From positions 1 to 43,136 of the IMG/VR virus record IMGVR_UViG_3300026484_000486: a stretch of 43,136 nucleotides of DNA; one strand, written 5' to 3'. The notes under the pieces were generated by a model. That model was not told the origin of the DNA. It saw only the letters and a program-made list of their open reading frames with translations, and made no database searches. Shown here piece by piece: positions 42,623-43,136 of this stretch; position 1 is the first letter of the stretch; each line of letters opens with the position of its first letter. Position numbers and translations under genes: made by a program. The stretch is from a virus (lineage: Duplodnaviria; Caudoviricetes).

Positions 42623-43136
42623 TTACAGCCCTATTTTCTCTAGCATCATTTTTTGTGTAACTTGTTTGTCACTAAGTGCTTTTGCACTCAGTTGCATAAA
42701 CTTGCTATTGTTATCAAGTATTGCAGTAGCGAGGTCATCAATAGTAATACCTTTCGCATCTGCTAAACTTTTTAGAAAAGGAGTATCGGCATTATTATCT
42801 GCTTTATATACAAGTGCTTCCTCTTTTTGAATAGCCCAAGTCTCACGCTCTTCTTGTGGATATTTTGTCTTAATATCCTGTAATGCAAGCGCAAGGTTAG
42901 AAGAGACTACGTCTAAGATTCTTTTAACTTGTGAACTGCTTGAAACAAGTACTTTAAATTCATCTTGCGTAATATCTTCACAATTAATATCACTTACCTG
43001 TGCATCAATAAGGGCATTAATATCGTCTTCATTCTCCGCTTCAACACTAACGACATTAACACCAGTGAAATAATTTACTTTTACAGTGTCGTCACCACCT
43101 CTAAACTCTAAAACAGTTGTATCAGTTTCAACCCTA
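42623..43136 (-). CDS. Tail fibre assembly/chaperone-like protein, C-terminal part (start outside the window)
   Basis: Not in the ORF track; manual translation ...KYPQEERETWAIQKEEALVY....TPFLKSLADAKGITIDDLATAIL..., a pattern common in tail fibre assembly proteins. Confidence 0.65.
   Translation of the reverse strand, partial: RVETDTTVLEFRGGDDTVKVNYFTGVNVVSVEAENEDDINALIDAQVSDINCEDITQDEFKVLVSSSSQVKRILDVVSSNLALALQDIKTKYPQEERETWAIQKEEALVYKADNNADTPFLKSLADAKGITIDDLATAILDNNSKFMQLSAKALSDKQVTQKMMLEKIGL

Larger units (their letters stand above)
1..43136. mobile_element. Temperate podovirus-like phage (near-complete, attP/circular form), possible phage-plasmid
   Basis: Head, packaging, lysis, replication and lysogeny modules; no tape measure or tail tube gene recognised; no host genes at either end. 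Confidence 0.9.

Noticed and set aside
1-43136. Stop-codon reassignment or introns/inteins
   Set aside because: Genes tile densely in the standard code with no fragmented core genes, and no intein or homing endonuclease motifs were noticed in TerL, helicase, primase or NrdB.

Overview
The window is almost a whole (~43-44 kb) AT-rich temperate podovirus-like phage genome. It appears to be in excised/circular form, because both window ends fall inside the same minus-strand tail-fibre region and an intact attP lies mid-window. The host is probably a Campylobacterota (Sulfurimonas/Campylobacter-like); this is inferred from the style of the NrdB C-terminus, ThyX, DnaG and tRNA. Modules: (i) tail fibres, TerL, DUF736/SSB-like, DnaB-like helicase, initiator-like and Cro/Xis-like genes (1-6928, minus); (ii) CI-like repressor and a ~1 kb repeat-rich non-coding region, probably the origin (7024-8470); (iii) two exported proteins, a second HTH switch, a short tyrosine recombinase, ParA/ParB, YopX, primase, ThyX and an orphan RNR beta subunit (8471-17597); (iv) integrase, attP with arm repeats and a complete tRNA(CAT) (17598-19017); (v) TerS-like gene, dNTP diphosphohydrolase, a 3832-aa DarB-like polyvalent protein, portal, capsid, scaffold and lysis genes (19001-43136, minus). 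Three signals stand out. First, five exact copies of a 15-bp palindrome TTTCCCGAGGGAAAA lie inside five different genes, always on the sense strand; they are candidate dispersed parS sites, suggesting a phage that can both integrate and be partitioned as a plasmid. Second, attP carries only the anticodon-loop core of a tRNA(CAT), with a full replacement tRNA ~100 bp downstream (tRNA-dependent lysogeny). Third, a phage-specific TAACTATACG-N8 element sits at a fixed distance from the -10 box of four promoters and is densest right after the short tyrosine recombinase. All assignments come from reading motifs by eye; no database searches were run.
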